Positions 1 to 9,384 of a DNA stretch of 58,484 nucleotides are shown piece after piece. Location of the stretch: NCBI GenBank assembly GCA_052034445.1, contig JBPOIN010000087.1, forward strand, positions 1 to 58,484, read 5' to 3'. The notes beneath the pieces were generated by a model. It saw only the letters and a list, made by a program, of their open reading frames with translations. It searched no databases and was not told the DNA's origin. Numbering within the stretch: position 1 is the first letter of the stretch; every line of letters begins with the position of its first letter. This DNA comes from Pseudomonadota bacterium. GTDB lineage: Bacteria > Pseudomonadota > Gammaproteobacteria > Burkholderiales > Rhodocyclaceae. The position numbers were made by a program, and so were the translations under genes.

Positions 1-585
<585 letters not shown>

Positions 586-659
586 GTCACGTCGGCGCCG
601 GCTGCTGACGTGTGCGGTGAAAAACTCAAACCGCCACAATCAGAGCGCCGACAGCAGTG

Positions 660-2129
660 TCACTGTGTCGGCAGCTTTGCGCCCTTGCATGGCTGACCCG
701 GAGTACATTCGCGCGGCTTGAAATCCGGGTAATCGGGCATCCCGTTGCGATGCGCCGCTTCGAAGCGACTGAGGATGTCATAGTAGGTACGCACATTCTC
801 GACCAGAATCACGGCCTCGCCGCCGCGCGCGCGACCACTCTTGAGACGCTTGTAGTATTCCGGGCGCGCCAGCAGGGGCAGAACCTGCTTCATGTCATAC
901 CATGACGCCGGATCACGCTTGAGCCCCTTGGCAAATGCGCGCGCACCGTTCATGTGCCCCTGTCCAAGATTGTAAGCCGCCAGCCCCATCCAGGTTCGAT
1001 CCGGCTCCAGAACCTCTGCAGGCAATTCATCGATCAGATCGGCGAGGTATTCGGCTCCGGCGCGAATGCTTTGCTTGGCGTCGAGACGATTGCTGACCTT
1101 GAGGCGGTCAGCGGTTTCTTCAGTCAGCATCATGATGCCGCGCACATTGGTGTGCGAGGTGGCCAGCGCATCCCACCCCGATTCCTGATAGGCCAGTGCG
1201 GCAAGCAGCCGCCAATCCAGCCCCGTCAGTTCCTGTGCGGCAATGAAGTCGCGTCGATAACGTGGCAATACACTGCGCATCCGCTCGAGGAACACAGAAA
1301 TATCGAAGGGTTTCAGACGCAGGATGTGTCCAAAGTAACGATCCTGGACATGCAACAAGGTGCCGTCCCCCTGGATTCGTGCAATGAAGGCTTGCGCCTT
1401 GTCGAACAGCAGGGGATCACCCGTGTCGGCGAAAGCCCAGCCGAACTTCACCATCCCTGGCAATTCCTGGGCGACCTGCAGATCCGGGTAAAAATTCGAC
1501 GCAATATTGAAGTGCAGGGCATCCGTCGCGGCCAGATCGCTCTTGCGTTGATTGACGCGTTCGAGTAACTCGACTTCGCTCATTCCAGCCTGTTCGAGAA
1601 CCACGAACGCTGGCAGAGCTGGAGGTGGCTGGCTTACGGCCTTGGTCGGAAGCCCCGCAACAAACGGAACGTCAAGCTTGATACGATTCAATACCGAGAG
1701 TTGCGCAGAACCGGCGAGTACCTCGATCTGCTTGCCCGACAGATTCTCGCGCGTGTCCTGCCAGAGAGCATCCGCATGCTGAACCAGAACCTGTTGCACC
1801 TCCCGCACGGGCGCCGAATAGCGAATCCCGGGTACGGCCTCCAGGATGCTAGCCGAAGCGGCAAGATGCACCTTGCCTTGCTTGAGCAGCGAAATCAGCT
1901 CACTGTGATCGCGCACAATGATCAGGCGCACCTTGAGATTCAATTCGCGCGCGAAGGCCTCGACGAGATCCAGCTCAAAGCCGCTGCCGCCATCATCCTG
2001 CATGAAGGCCGGCGAATTCCGCATCGCAACCACCAGTTCATCCTGCGGCAGCGGCGGTTCACTGCGCATGCACGCCACCAGCAGCGAGATCAGCATCAAT
2101 AGCGCGAAAAATGCACCCAGCCTACGCAT
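660..2129 (-). CDS. mltF: Membrane-bound lytic murein transglycosylase MltF
   Basis: N-terminal SBP_bac_3-like domain (GFELDLVEAFAREL) and SLT domain (LAALAYQES, GIMMLT, AAYNLGQGH, RGGEAVILVENVR). Start placed at the ATG of MRRLGAFF; the ORF extends to 2168. Confidence 0.9.
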   Translation of the reverse strand: MRRLGAFFALLMLISLLVACMRSEPPLPQDELVVAMRNSPAFMQDDGGSGFELDLVEAFARELNLKVRLIIVRDHSELISLLKQGKVHLAASASILEAVPGIRYSAPVREVQQVLVQHADALWQDTRENLSGKQIEVLAGSAQLSVLNRIKLDVPFVAGLPTKAVSQPPPALPAFVVLEQAGMSEVELLERVNQRKSDLAATDALHFNIASNFYPDLQVAQELPGMVKFGWAFADTGDPLLFDKAQAFIARIQGDGTLLHVQDRYFGHILRLKPFDISVFLERMRSVLPRYRRDFIAAQELTGLDWRLLAALAYQESGWDALATSHTNVRGIMMLTEETADRLKVSNRLDAKQSIRAGAEYLADLIDELPAEVLEPDRTWMGLAAYNLGQGHMNGARAFAKGLKRDPASWYDMKQVLPLLARPEYYKRLKSGRARGGEAVILVENVRTYYDILSRFEAAHRNGMPDYPDFKPRECTPGQPCKGAKLPTQ

Positions 2130-2205
2130 CAGCAAGCCTCCGATACGAATGCCACGAAGCCACCGCAATTATGGTATCAATATCTATCATCCGTTCGATG
2201 AATGG

Positions 2206-2214
2206 TGCTAGAAT
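2206..2214 (+). promoter_or_regulatory. Extended -10 sigma70 promoter of tRNA-Ser
   Basis: TGcTAGAAT ending 10 nt before the mature tRNA start. Confidence 0.55.
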
Positions 2215-2223
2215 TCGCGACCC

Positions 2224-2311
<88 letters not shown>

Positions 2312-2377
2312 AATTCGTTGATCTTGCGCATCAGGGCAGTCTTCTTCAGATCCCAGCGATCCCCTGCCATCCGCACC

Positions 2378-2401
2378 AGCCCTCTCCACGAGGGCTTTTT
2401 T
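2378..2401 (+). terminator. Intrinsic terminator after tRNA-Ser
   Basis: AGCCCTC-tccac-GAGGGCT followed by a T tract. Confidence 0.75.
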
Positions 2402-2636
2402 ATGCTTCAATCCCCTGGAATCGATTCAAGTTGCTGCTTGTCACTCAAGCGCATGGCTTCCAGTATAACGGAAACCCCGTCCTGATCCCGCCTTGGGTCC
2501 GGCGCCTGAAACCGGACAGTCAGCGCGATGCGGCCACTGGCATTGGCGGATTGGCCGCCGGCATGAAGCCGACAAGCCAATACTGCCATGAAGGGTATCA
2601 AACCTGACGCAAGGCCATGTTTTTTTGAAAATTGGA

Positions 2637-2645
2637 TGTTATAAT
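2637..2645 (+). promoter_or_regulatory. Extended -10 promoter of the small lipoprotein gene
   Basis: Perfect TGtTATAAT in an AT-rich patch about 150 nt upstream of the ATG at 2796. Confidence 0.6.
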
Positions 2646-2795
2646 TTCTGGCTGATTGGGGTCATATCCAATTCGACTTGGTACCGACTTGGCTCTTGCC
2701 TGGTTATTTCTTGCGCCAAGTTTTTAGTTTGCTTCACCTTGTGTTTTACCCGTTTCAAGTCTCGCTTCAAACCTTATCGATAAAGGGAATCAAAA

Positions 2796-2993
2796 ATGAA
2801 ACAGTCTCTCCTCGTTGCCGCTCTCCTCGCCCTGTCCGTTGCTGCCTGCAGCAAGCAAGAAGCTCCGAAGCCTGCTGAAACTCCGGCTGCTGCTCCGGCC
2901 GCTCCGGCTGCTCCGGCTGCTGACGCTGCCGCCCCGGCTGCTGCTCCGGCCACCCCGGCTGCTGAGCCGAAGAAAGAAGAAGCCAAGCACTAA
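2796..2993 (+). CDS. Small Ala/Pro-rich outer-membrane lipoprotein (65 aa)
   Basis: Signal peptide MKQSLLVAALLALS, lipobox VAAC with +2 Ser, PAA/AAP repeats, RBS-like AAGGGA, followed by a terminator. Confidence 0.85.
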   Translation: MKQSLLVAALLALSVAACSKQEAPKPAETPAAAPAAPAAPAADAAAPAAAPATPAAEPKKEEAKH

Positions 2994-3012
2994 TCTGCAG
3001 CTTCAGCGGTAC

Positions 3013-3041
3013 AAAAAGCCAGCCTGCGGGCTGGCTTTTTT
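3013..3041. terminator. Bidirectional intrinsic terminator
   Basis: AAAAA-GCCAGCC-tgcg-GGCTGGC-TTTTTT between convergent genes. Confidence 0.9.
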
Positions 3042-3226
3042 ATTGGATCTGCCCTCATTGCGCACGGCGCTCAAGGCCAAGATAGCGGTTTTCGATTCCA
3101 TCGTGTATTCAGACGATTGTACTGGTCTTGGTTGTCCGCGATCGCTCCAAACCGTCCGCCCATTCCCTTCCTGATTAGAAAGGATGGTCAGCAAGGCGCG
3201 CACCACGGAGATTCCCTTCGGTCGCC

Positions 3227-3250
3227 ATTCCCTCTTTCGCGGGAATGACG
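3227..3250 (-). repeat. CGTC-tagged REP / dRS3-like palindrome (ATTCCC-N8-GGGAAT)
   Basis: Plus strand ATTCCC-tctttcgc-GGGAAT-GACG; the minus strand reads CGTC-ATTCCC-GCGAAAGA-GGGAAT. Confidence 0.65.
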
Positions 3251-3317
3251 GGAACTGATGGTGTGGTCTGCTGGATGCTTGCTGACGTTCATTGCCAATC
3301 AGGATTCCCTTTCTCCC

Positions 3318-6300
3318 TCAGCGCTGGCGGGCGACCAGGCGGTCCTCGCCGTGGTGCACGATCAGCGGATCCTGGTGGTGAGCGCGGCTGGCTGCCAGGG
3401 CGCGAGTGCGTTCGCGCGCGTAGCGCCCCAGTTCGGTCAATTTGACGCCGCGGTCGCCATCGCTATCGGCCTTCAACATCGGGCCGACACCTTGCAGCAG
3501 AGTGTGCGTAAAAAGTCCGTTGCCTTCATGGCCATCCAGCGCCGCCTGGGTGGTACTGGCGGCGGCAAACACATGCATGCCGCTCTGGCGCGCCAGAACC
3601 TGCACGCGAGCGTCGTACAGGCCGTTCAGCAGGGTGCCCAGTCCGCCGGCATGGCAGGTGTCGAATACCAGCCATTGGGACAGGGCAGGAATGCGTTGCG
3701 AGCGTTCGACGATCTCGTCGGCGCTGATGGTGTTTTGCGGTCCGACCTTGCCGTCGTATTCGACGGTGACCAGCTGGTAGTTGCCGCCCAGCATGACGCC
3801 ATGCGCCGCCGCAAAGATCAGCACATGGTCGGAGGGGCGGGCGCGTCGCGCCAGCGCGTCCAGCCGTTCCAGCACCTGCGGGCGCGTCGCCTGCTCGTTC
3901 AGCAGGCGCTCCACCCGCACGCGATCGGCGCCGTAAACGGTGGCGGCGTCGCGCTCGAACTGTGCGACCACGTCGCTGGCGTCCTTGGCGGCGAACTTCA
4001 ATCGGGCTGCGGGATCGACATAACGGTCGATCCCGATGGCGAGGATATGCAGCGTTGGCAGCTGGGGCGCGACAGGGGAGTGAAAAACCAGGCGGCGTGG
4101 CGCCGAGGCGACGGTGTTGTCGGCGTTGAACGCCAGCAGCGTGATCTCATTGCTCCCCGGCACGGCGTCGATTTCGATCTGCCCTGCGTCGGCGCCAGCA
4201 CGAGTTTGCGCGCCCACACCAGCACCCACACTGGCCCCCCCGGCCGGTTTGCGGTCTGTGGTCTTGCGCACGTCCAGGGTGCGCAGCTGGCGCGACCAGT
4301 CTTCCTCGGTCACGGTGCCCAGGGAGCGGGTCGCCGCGGCCCCCGGCGCAGATGCGGGTACGGCGGCGGGGGCAACGACCGCTTGTGCGGACGGACGCCG
4401 CACCCAGCGCACCAGCTTGCCGTTCTGGTAGATCCGCAGGTCGCCCAGTCCGCCGGCGTTGGCCTGGACGCGGTAACGCACGGTGACGCGGGGCGCCTCG
4501 CTGCTGCCGACCGAAACCAACTCGGTGACCTGCGGCGGCACGCGGTGCAACACCTCGCCCAGCGTCTCGCGGCCCAGGGCCGGACCGTCGTGGCCGGCCA
4601 GCGTGGCGGCGACGATGTCGGGGCGGTAGAAGGTCTCGAACAGTTGCCCCAACGCGTAGATCTCGGCGCCGACGCGCACCGTCACGTGCTCTGCAGCGCG
4701 CGGGTGCGAGGCGCTGAAGTAGCCGCGCGGGGTCATCGCGATCCAGTCGCCGGTCTGGGTTTGCAGCAGGCGCAGGGCCTCCTGGTTGCTGCGCAGCGAC
4801 CACAGCCGGATAGAGCCATCGTCGTGGGTCGTCATCAGCAGGTCGCCCTGTGCTGCGAAGGCTGCCGTCTGTACCGGGCCGGTGCGCAACGACTGAATGC
4901 GCTGGCGGGAGGCCACGCTCCAGATTTCCACGCGCCCGAGGCGCACCACGGCGATCCGGTCGCCCTGCGGCGACACGCGCAGCTGCTCCACGGGTTGGTC
5001 CTCTTCGGCAAATGACAGGGGACCGCCGGTGGCCTGCCACCAGAACTGGCGCGTGTCCTCCTTGCCCGGCAGCTGAGTGAGCAGGGCGTTGACGCCGCCG
5101 ACAAGCACGCGTCCGTCGGGCAGAAAGGCGCCGTCACGCGAAGCGCCGCCAGGAAACTCTTGCAGCACGCGGCCCGAGGCGACATCCCACAGTACGCTGG
5201 GGTTGCTGCCACGATCGACGGTCAGCAGCTGCTGTCCATCGGGGGAAAAATGCATCGCCTGGATCAGCGAGTAGCCGCCGGCGCCCACGGCGCCCAGCAG
5301 GCGGTCGATGGCGCCGCGCGGATCGAGCGTCGTCAGCAGGTTCCCTTGGGCATCAAGCAGCGCAATGCGCGCGCTGCCCGCAAAACTTACCGCGAGCCGC
5401 TGACCGTCGGCGCTCTGCGTCAGACCCGCAGGCAAGCCGCGGCCCAAGCGGGTCCGCTGCAACACCTGGCCGGTGGCTGCGTCGAGGCGCAACAGCACGG
5501 CTTCGGCCGTGTCGTAGCTGCTCATGTCGGGCGACACCCGAATAACGCCCGCGAGCAGCTGTCGGCCTCCAGCCGCAAAGGCCAACACGCCCACGGCCAT
5601 GGGTTCGGGCAGCTTCCAGGCGCTGCTCAGGCGGCCGCTCTGAATATCCCAGATCTGCAGTTCATCCTTCACCGCCCGGGCAACGCGCCTGCCGCTGTCG
5701 TCGATGGTGCTGGCGTAGCTGGCCAGGGCGCGCGGAAAGCGGCTGGGCAGTGCTTCGCCCTGTGGCATCCAGTATTCGAGCGTCGCCGTGCCGAGATCGC
5801 GGACCTCCGGGCGGGCGTAGGTTTCAGCATAGAAACCGCCAGGCGCGACCAGCAGTCGGCCATTGGCGGGATGAAATGCCGCATCCGCCACCCGGCGTAT
5901 GTGCATATCCTCACCATCCAGTGTCACGGCCAGACCGCTATCCAGCGTCCGCAACAGACGACCCGAGGGCAGTTCGTGCAAAGTCACTCCAGCGCGGCCC
6001 AGGCGCAAGAGCTGATGGCCGTCGGGCGACACATGCAGAGCATCGACCGGGTCGTTCGCGTCCGATGGCAGCCAGCGGACCTCCAACCTGTCCGCTTGCA
6101 ACAGGGCGAGGCGCCCTTGCTGAGTCCCGGCAACGATCTGTGTTCCAGACCGGCTCCAGGCGACATGACTCAGCGACTGGGCAGCGGGCTCCCGCCAGTG
6201 CCGCACGCTGCCAGCGACCAGATCGCCGATTGCGAGGGTTTGCACCCAGTCGCGGCCATTGAAATGTCTGCTCAGAGCCAGAATCTGGCGCTCATCCCGG

Positions 6301-7268
6301 CTAAGGGCGAGCTGCACAGGCATCGCCCCCTCTCCTCCCAGCGGAAGTTCGGCGACAGCCAAGCGGGTGTGCAGATCCCAGCGCACCAACCGGTCGCCCT
6401 GGTGAACCCAGAAGTGACGGTCATCGGCTTCGAGCACCACCTTGAATAGCCTGTTGCCGACGGGCCATTCCCACAGCAGTCGACCGCCGAGCGTATCCCA
6501 CACGCACAGCCGGTCCGTGCCCACGCTCGCCGCCAGTCGCCCCGAAGGCGAGATGGCCAAATCGACGGGGTTCGATGAATGTGCTTGCCACTGCGCCAGC
6601 AGTCGCTCTTGCGCCAGGTCCCAGACACGCACGCTGCCGCGTTCATCGTAACTGATGGCGCGACGCCCGCTCTGGTCGATGACCAGACGGCGCATCTGCT
6701 GCCCCGACTGAACAAAAACCGCCGGTTGCGTATCGATCGCCGGCAGTTCGCGCCAGAGGGCTTGTTGCATGGCGATACCGATCCGCCCCGGCGGCATCTG
6801 CACGCTGCGTTCCTGACCGTTCAGGCCCAGCACGCGCATGGCCACCGGGGTGTTGCGCGTGGCGTTCGCCTGCACGGCTTGCACGAAGGCGTTGGGGTCC
6901 GCCAGGCGGCGACCGTCGTAGTCGAGGATCAGCTCGCCGGGCTGCAGGCCGTGGGCGCTGCCGGTGCCGCGCGGATCGATGGCCTCGATGCGCAACGTGG
7001 CGAGCGCTTCGTCCGCCACGGGCGGCATGACCGACGCGGACTCGGCGGTCTGCACCTGCAGGTTGCGCCGCCCGGGTTGGGTCTGCGGGATGCGTCGGAC
7101 ATGGGCTTCGAAGGCTTGCGCGCTTTGCCGTCTCTGCGCGGGATTGATGAGCAGCGCATCCGGCGGCAAAGCCTGACTCCAGGCCGGCAACGGCGCCAGC
7201 AATGCCGCCAAAAACCACAGCGCCAGGCTGATTCTGCGCTGGCGAACCCCGTCATATCGTATATCCAT
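3318..7268 (-). CDS. Exported PDZ + WD40-repeat + peptidase C14 (caspase/metacaspase-family) protein
   Basis: Sec-type signal (RRISLALWFLAALLAPLPAWS-QA), PDZ (GLQPGELILDYDG), many WD40 repeats (VRVWD, LCVWD, LVRWD, LQIWD, VLWD, IRLWS), C-terminal C14 domain (LHILAIGIDRY, FAAAHG, VFDTCHAG, NGLFTHTLLQG). Alternative GTG start at 7292. Confidence 0.88.
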   Translation of the reverse strand: MDIRYDGVRQRRISLALWFLAALLAPLPAWSQALPPDALLINPAQRRQSAQAFEAHVRRIPQTQPGRRNLQVQTAESASVMPPVADEALATLRIEAIDPRGTGSAHGLQPGELILDYDGRRLADPNAFVQAVQANATRNTPVAMRVLGLNGQERSVQMPPGRIGIAMQQALWRELPAIDTQPAVFVQSGQQMRRLVIDQSGRRAISYDERGSVRVWDLAQERLLAQWQAHSSNPVDLAISPSGRLAASVGTDRLCVWDTLGGRLLWEWPVGNRLFKVVLEADDRHFWVHQGDRLVRWDLHTRLAVAELPLGGEGAMPVQLALSRDERQILALSRHFNGRDWVQTLAIGDLVAGSVRHWREPAAQSLSHVAWSRSGTQIVAGTQQGRLALLQADRLEVRWLPSDANDPVDALHVSPDGHQLLRLGRAGVTLHELPSGRLLRTLDSGLAVTLDGEDMHIRRVADAAFHPANGRLLVAPGGFYAETYARPEVRDLGTATLEYWMPQGEALPSRFPRALASYASTIDDSGRRVARAVKDELQIWDIQSGRLSSAWKLPEPMAVGVLAFAAGGRQLLAGVIRVSPDMSSYDTAEAVLLRLDAATGQVLQRTRLGRGLPAGLTQSADGQRLAVSFAGSARIALLDAQGNLLTTLDPRGAIDRLLGAVGAGGYSLIQAMHFSPDGQQLLTVDRGSNPSVLWDVASGRVLQEFPGGASRDGAFLPDGRVLVGGVNALLTQLPGKEDTRQFWWQATGGPLSFAEEDQPVEQLRVSPQGDRIAVVRLGRVEIWSVASRQRIQSLRTGPVQTAAFAAQGDLLMTTHDDGSIRLWSLRSNQEALRLLQTQTGDWIAMTPRGYFSASHPRAAEHVTVRVGAEIYALGQLFETFYRPDIVAATLAGHDGPALGRETLGEVLHRVPPQVTELVSVGSSEAPRVTVRYRVQANAGGLGDLRIYQNGKLVRWVRRPSAQAVVAPAAVPASAPGAAATRSLGTVTEEDWSRQLRTLDVRKTTDRKPAGGASVGAGVGAQTRAGADAGQIEIDAVPGSNEITLLAFNADNTVASAPRRLVFHSPVAPQLPTLHILAIGIDRYVDPAARLKFAAKDASDVVAQFERDAATVYGADRVRVERLLNEQATRPQVLERLDALARRARPSDHVLIFAAAHGVMLGGNYQLVTVEYDGKVGPQNTISADEIVERSQRIPALSQWLVFDTCHAGGLGTLLNGLYDARVQVLARQSGMHVFAAASTTQAALDGHEGNGLFTHTLLQGVGPMLKADSDGDRGVKLTELGRYARERTRALAASRAHHQDPLIVHHGEDRLVARQR

Positions 7269-7429
7269 CTTTTTTCTCTGCAGTTGAACCACTGTTGGCG
7301 CTTGATTGCACCGTAGTCAGCGCCAATTTCGACAATGTCCGCAGACACCGCTCCGTCACCTGTTCGATCAAGACTGGACGTCTGTATTGAGCGTTTTTGA
7401 TGGCCCGCCGCGTTCGATCTGCGTCAGAC

Positions 7430-8224
7430 TCAGGCGACCGATAACTCACGCCATGCGCAACCATCTTGCTGGGTCGCAACGCCCACCCAGTCCGCCGTAC
7501 AATCAAGCGCCCGGGCCAGCGCGGCACGCGCGAGCTCCGGCGTATTGTTCTGTTCGCTCAGATGTGCAGCCACGAGATGCTGGAGCCGCGAACAATCGAG
7601 GCGCGCCAGCAATCCGGCGGCGGCGTGATTGCCGAGGTGGCCGTAACGTCCGGCGATGCGCTGTTTGAGCTGGCGCGGATAGGAACCACTCGCCAGCATG
7701 TCGACATCATGATTGCACTCGAGCAGCAGTCCATCGCAGCCATCCAGCATGTCGACGACATGCGGCGTGATGTGTCCCGTATCGGTCAGCACGCCCAACC
7801 GCAGCGAACCACAGGCGAAGACGTACTGCACCGGCTCGCGCGCATCGTGCGGCACCGGGAACGGCTGGATGTCGAGGCTGCCGATGGAAAAGCCGCGCTG
7901 ACTGTCGATCACGCGCAACGCCGGCAACTCGGCACGCTCGCGCGGTGCGGCAGCCAGCGTGCCATGAGTCAGCAGCACTTCGAGCCCATGACGTCGGGCA
8001 GCTTTGAACACCCCGGCGCTGTGGTCGCTGTGCTCATGGGTAACAAGAATCGCACTCAGGTCCTTGATCTCCAGACCGAGGCGCGCCAGCCGTAACTTCA
8101 GTTCGCGTTGGCCAAAGCCGCAATCCAGCAGCACCCGCGTCGTTCCGGCAGCGCTGCGCGCTTCGACGACCAACGCATTGCCCCGGCTACCACTGCCGAG
8201 CGAGGCAAAGCGCAGGCCGTACAC
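7430..8224 (-). CDS. MBL-fold metallo-hydrolase (YycJ/PhnP-like)
   Basis: ASLGSGSRGNA, THEHSDH, HDA, ECNHD and HLSEQNN motifs; usual position after bamC. Confidence 0.88.
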   Translation of the reverse strand: MYGLRFASLGSGSRGNALVVEARSAAGTTRVLLDCGFGQRELKLRLARLGLEIKDLSAILVTHEHSDHSAGVFKAARRHGLEVLLTHGTLAAAPRERAELPALRVIDSQRGFSIGSLDIQPFPVPHDAREPVQYVFACGSLRLGVLTDTGHITPHVVDMLDGCDGLLLECNHDVDMLASGSYPRQLKQRIAGRYGHLGNHAAAGLLARLDCSRLQHLVAAHLSEQNNTPELARAALARALDCTADWVGVATQQDGCAWRELSVA

Positions 8225-8227
8225 GAC

Positions 8228-9364
8228 TTACTTGAGCTGATCGAACAGCAGGCCGAGAATCTTCTTTGCGGTATCGGACTTCTCCAGGCCGCCTTCGCGC
8301 GTCAGCACCTGCACGGTGCTGCGATTGACGTCGCCCTTGATGTAGATCCGGTACTGCGCAGCCTTGCCGATCTCGGCCTTGCTGCTCTTCCAGAATGCCA
8401 GCTTGGAAAGGAAACCTTCTTCACCGCTCTTCTTGTTGTCGGCTTCCGGGTCGACATAGCGGACGAAATACAGACCTTGCGTACGATCGCGGTCTTCGAC
8501 CGTGAAGCCGACGCGATCCAGCGCCAGGCCGACACGACGCCAGGCGCGATCATAAGCTTCCTGCAACTCCAGCGTGGCGCCGCCATCGCCGCTCTTGTTG
8601 AGCCTGGCGCGCTCCTGCCGCACATCCGTCGCCAGCATGGTCTTGGCGCGGGTTTCCTCGACGCCCAGGCGCACCATCACACGGCGCAGCATCTCGGCTT
8701 CGAGATCGGGATCAGCGGCACGCGGTTGCCAGCGCGTCTCGCTCTTGCCTTCGTTAACGTACACCTCGTACATGCCGCGATGGCTGATGTAAATTTCGGT
8801 GGTGCCGGGTTCGGCGCCCTTTTCGAGACGCGTACGGAACTTGTCGCGCTCGGCTGTCGAATACAGGGAGTCAAAGACCTTGCCGATCGTACTGCGAATG
8901 ATGTCTTCCGGCAGCTTGGCACGATTCTCGGCCCAATCGGTTTCCATGACGCCGGCTTCGGGCAGTTCAAGATTCACGATGAAACCGATCTCCTGCCAGA
9001 ATTCCTTGAGATTCGGCCAGATCTTGTCGGGCGTGCCCGCCACCACCAACCAGCGCTGGGTGCCGGCGCGTTCGATGCGCATCTTGTCGAGCTGAGGCAA
9101 TAAGTCCTGCGCGGTGCTCGAACGCGCCTGCCCGGCACGCTCGCCCGAATACGCCGAAAAGGTTGCCGACCCCTTGGCGCCGACATCGGGCACCGCATAG
9201 CGGTCATCGCGGCTGGGCGCCGTGAGATCGGGCGGCACCTCAAGCGTCGGCAGCTTGCTGGCGGATTTGTATTCGATCTTTTTCGATTCGAACAGCGTGC
9301 CACTGCAACCGGCCAGCGCCAGCAGGCTCAACAACAGGGAGGACAACAACAGGTTACGTTTCAT
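8228..9364 (-). CDS. bamC: Outer-membrane assembly lipoprotein BamC (NlpB/DapX)
   Basis: Lipobox LAGC, LEVPPDL, METDWAENRAK; directly downstream of dapA. Confidence 0.9.
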   Translation of the reverse strand: MKRNLLLSSLLLSLLALAGCSGTLFESKKIEYKSASKLPTLEVPPDLTAPSRDDRYAVPDVGAKGSATFSAYSGERAGQARSSTAQDLLPQLDKMRIERAGTQRWLVVAGTPDKIWPNLKEFWQEIGFIVNLELPEAGVMETDWAENRAKLPEDIIRSTIGKVFDSLYSTAERDKFRTRLEKGAEPGTTEIYISHRGMYEVYVNEGKSETRWQPRAADPDLEAEMLRRVMVRLGVEETRAKTMLATDVRQERARLNKSGDGGATLELQEAYDRAWRRVGLALDRVGFTVEDRDRTQGLYFVRYVDPEADNKKSGEEGFLSKLAFWKSSKAEIGKAAQYRIYIKGDVNRSTVQVLTREGGLEKSDTAKKILGLLFDQLK

Positions 9365-9384
9365 GCGCACCTCGAAAATGAACT

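Noticed and set aside
3003-3206. 67-aa minus-strand ORF as a partner or substrate of the caspase protein
   Set aside because: No RBS or motif, and it runs through the terminator hairpin.
3258-6449. Long plus-strand ORFs (585 aa and 429 aa) opposite the caspase gene
   Set aside because: Antisense shadows expected from GC-rich codon bias; no recognisable motifs.
2312-7430. tRNA-Ser-anchored genomic island or prophage
   Set aside because: No integrase, transposase or phage gene; only an 8-nt CCCTCTCC echo of the tRNA 3' end, which is part of the terminator.
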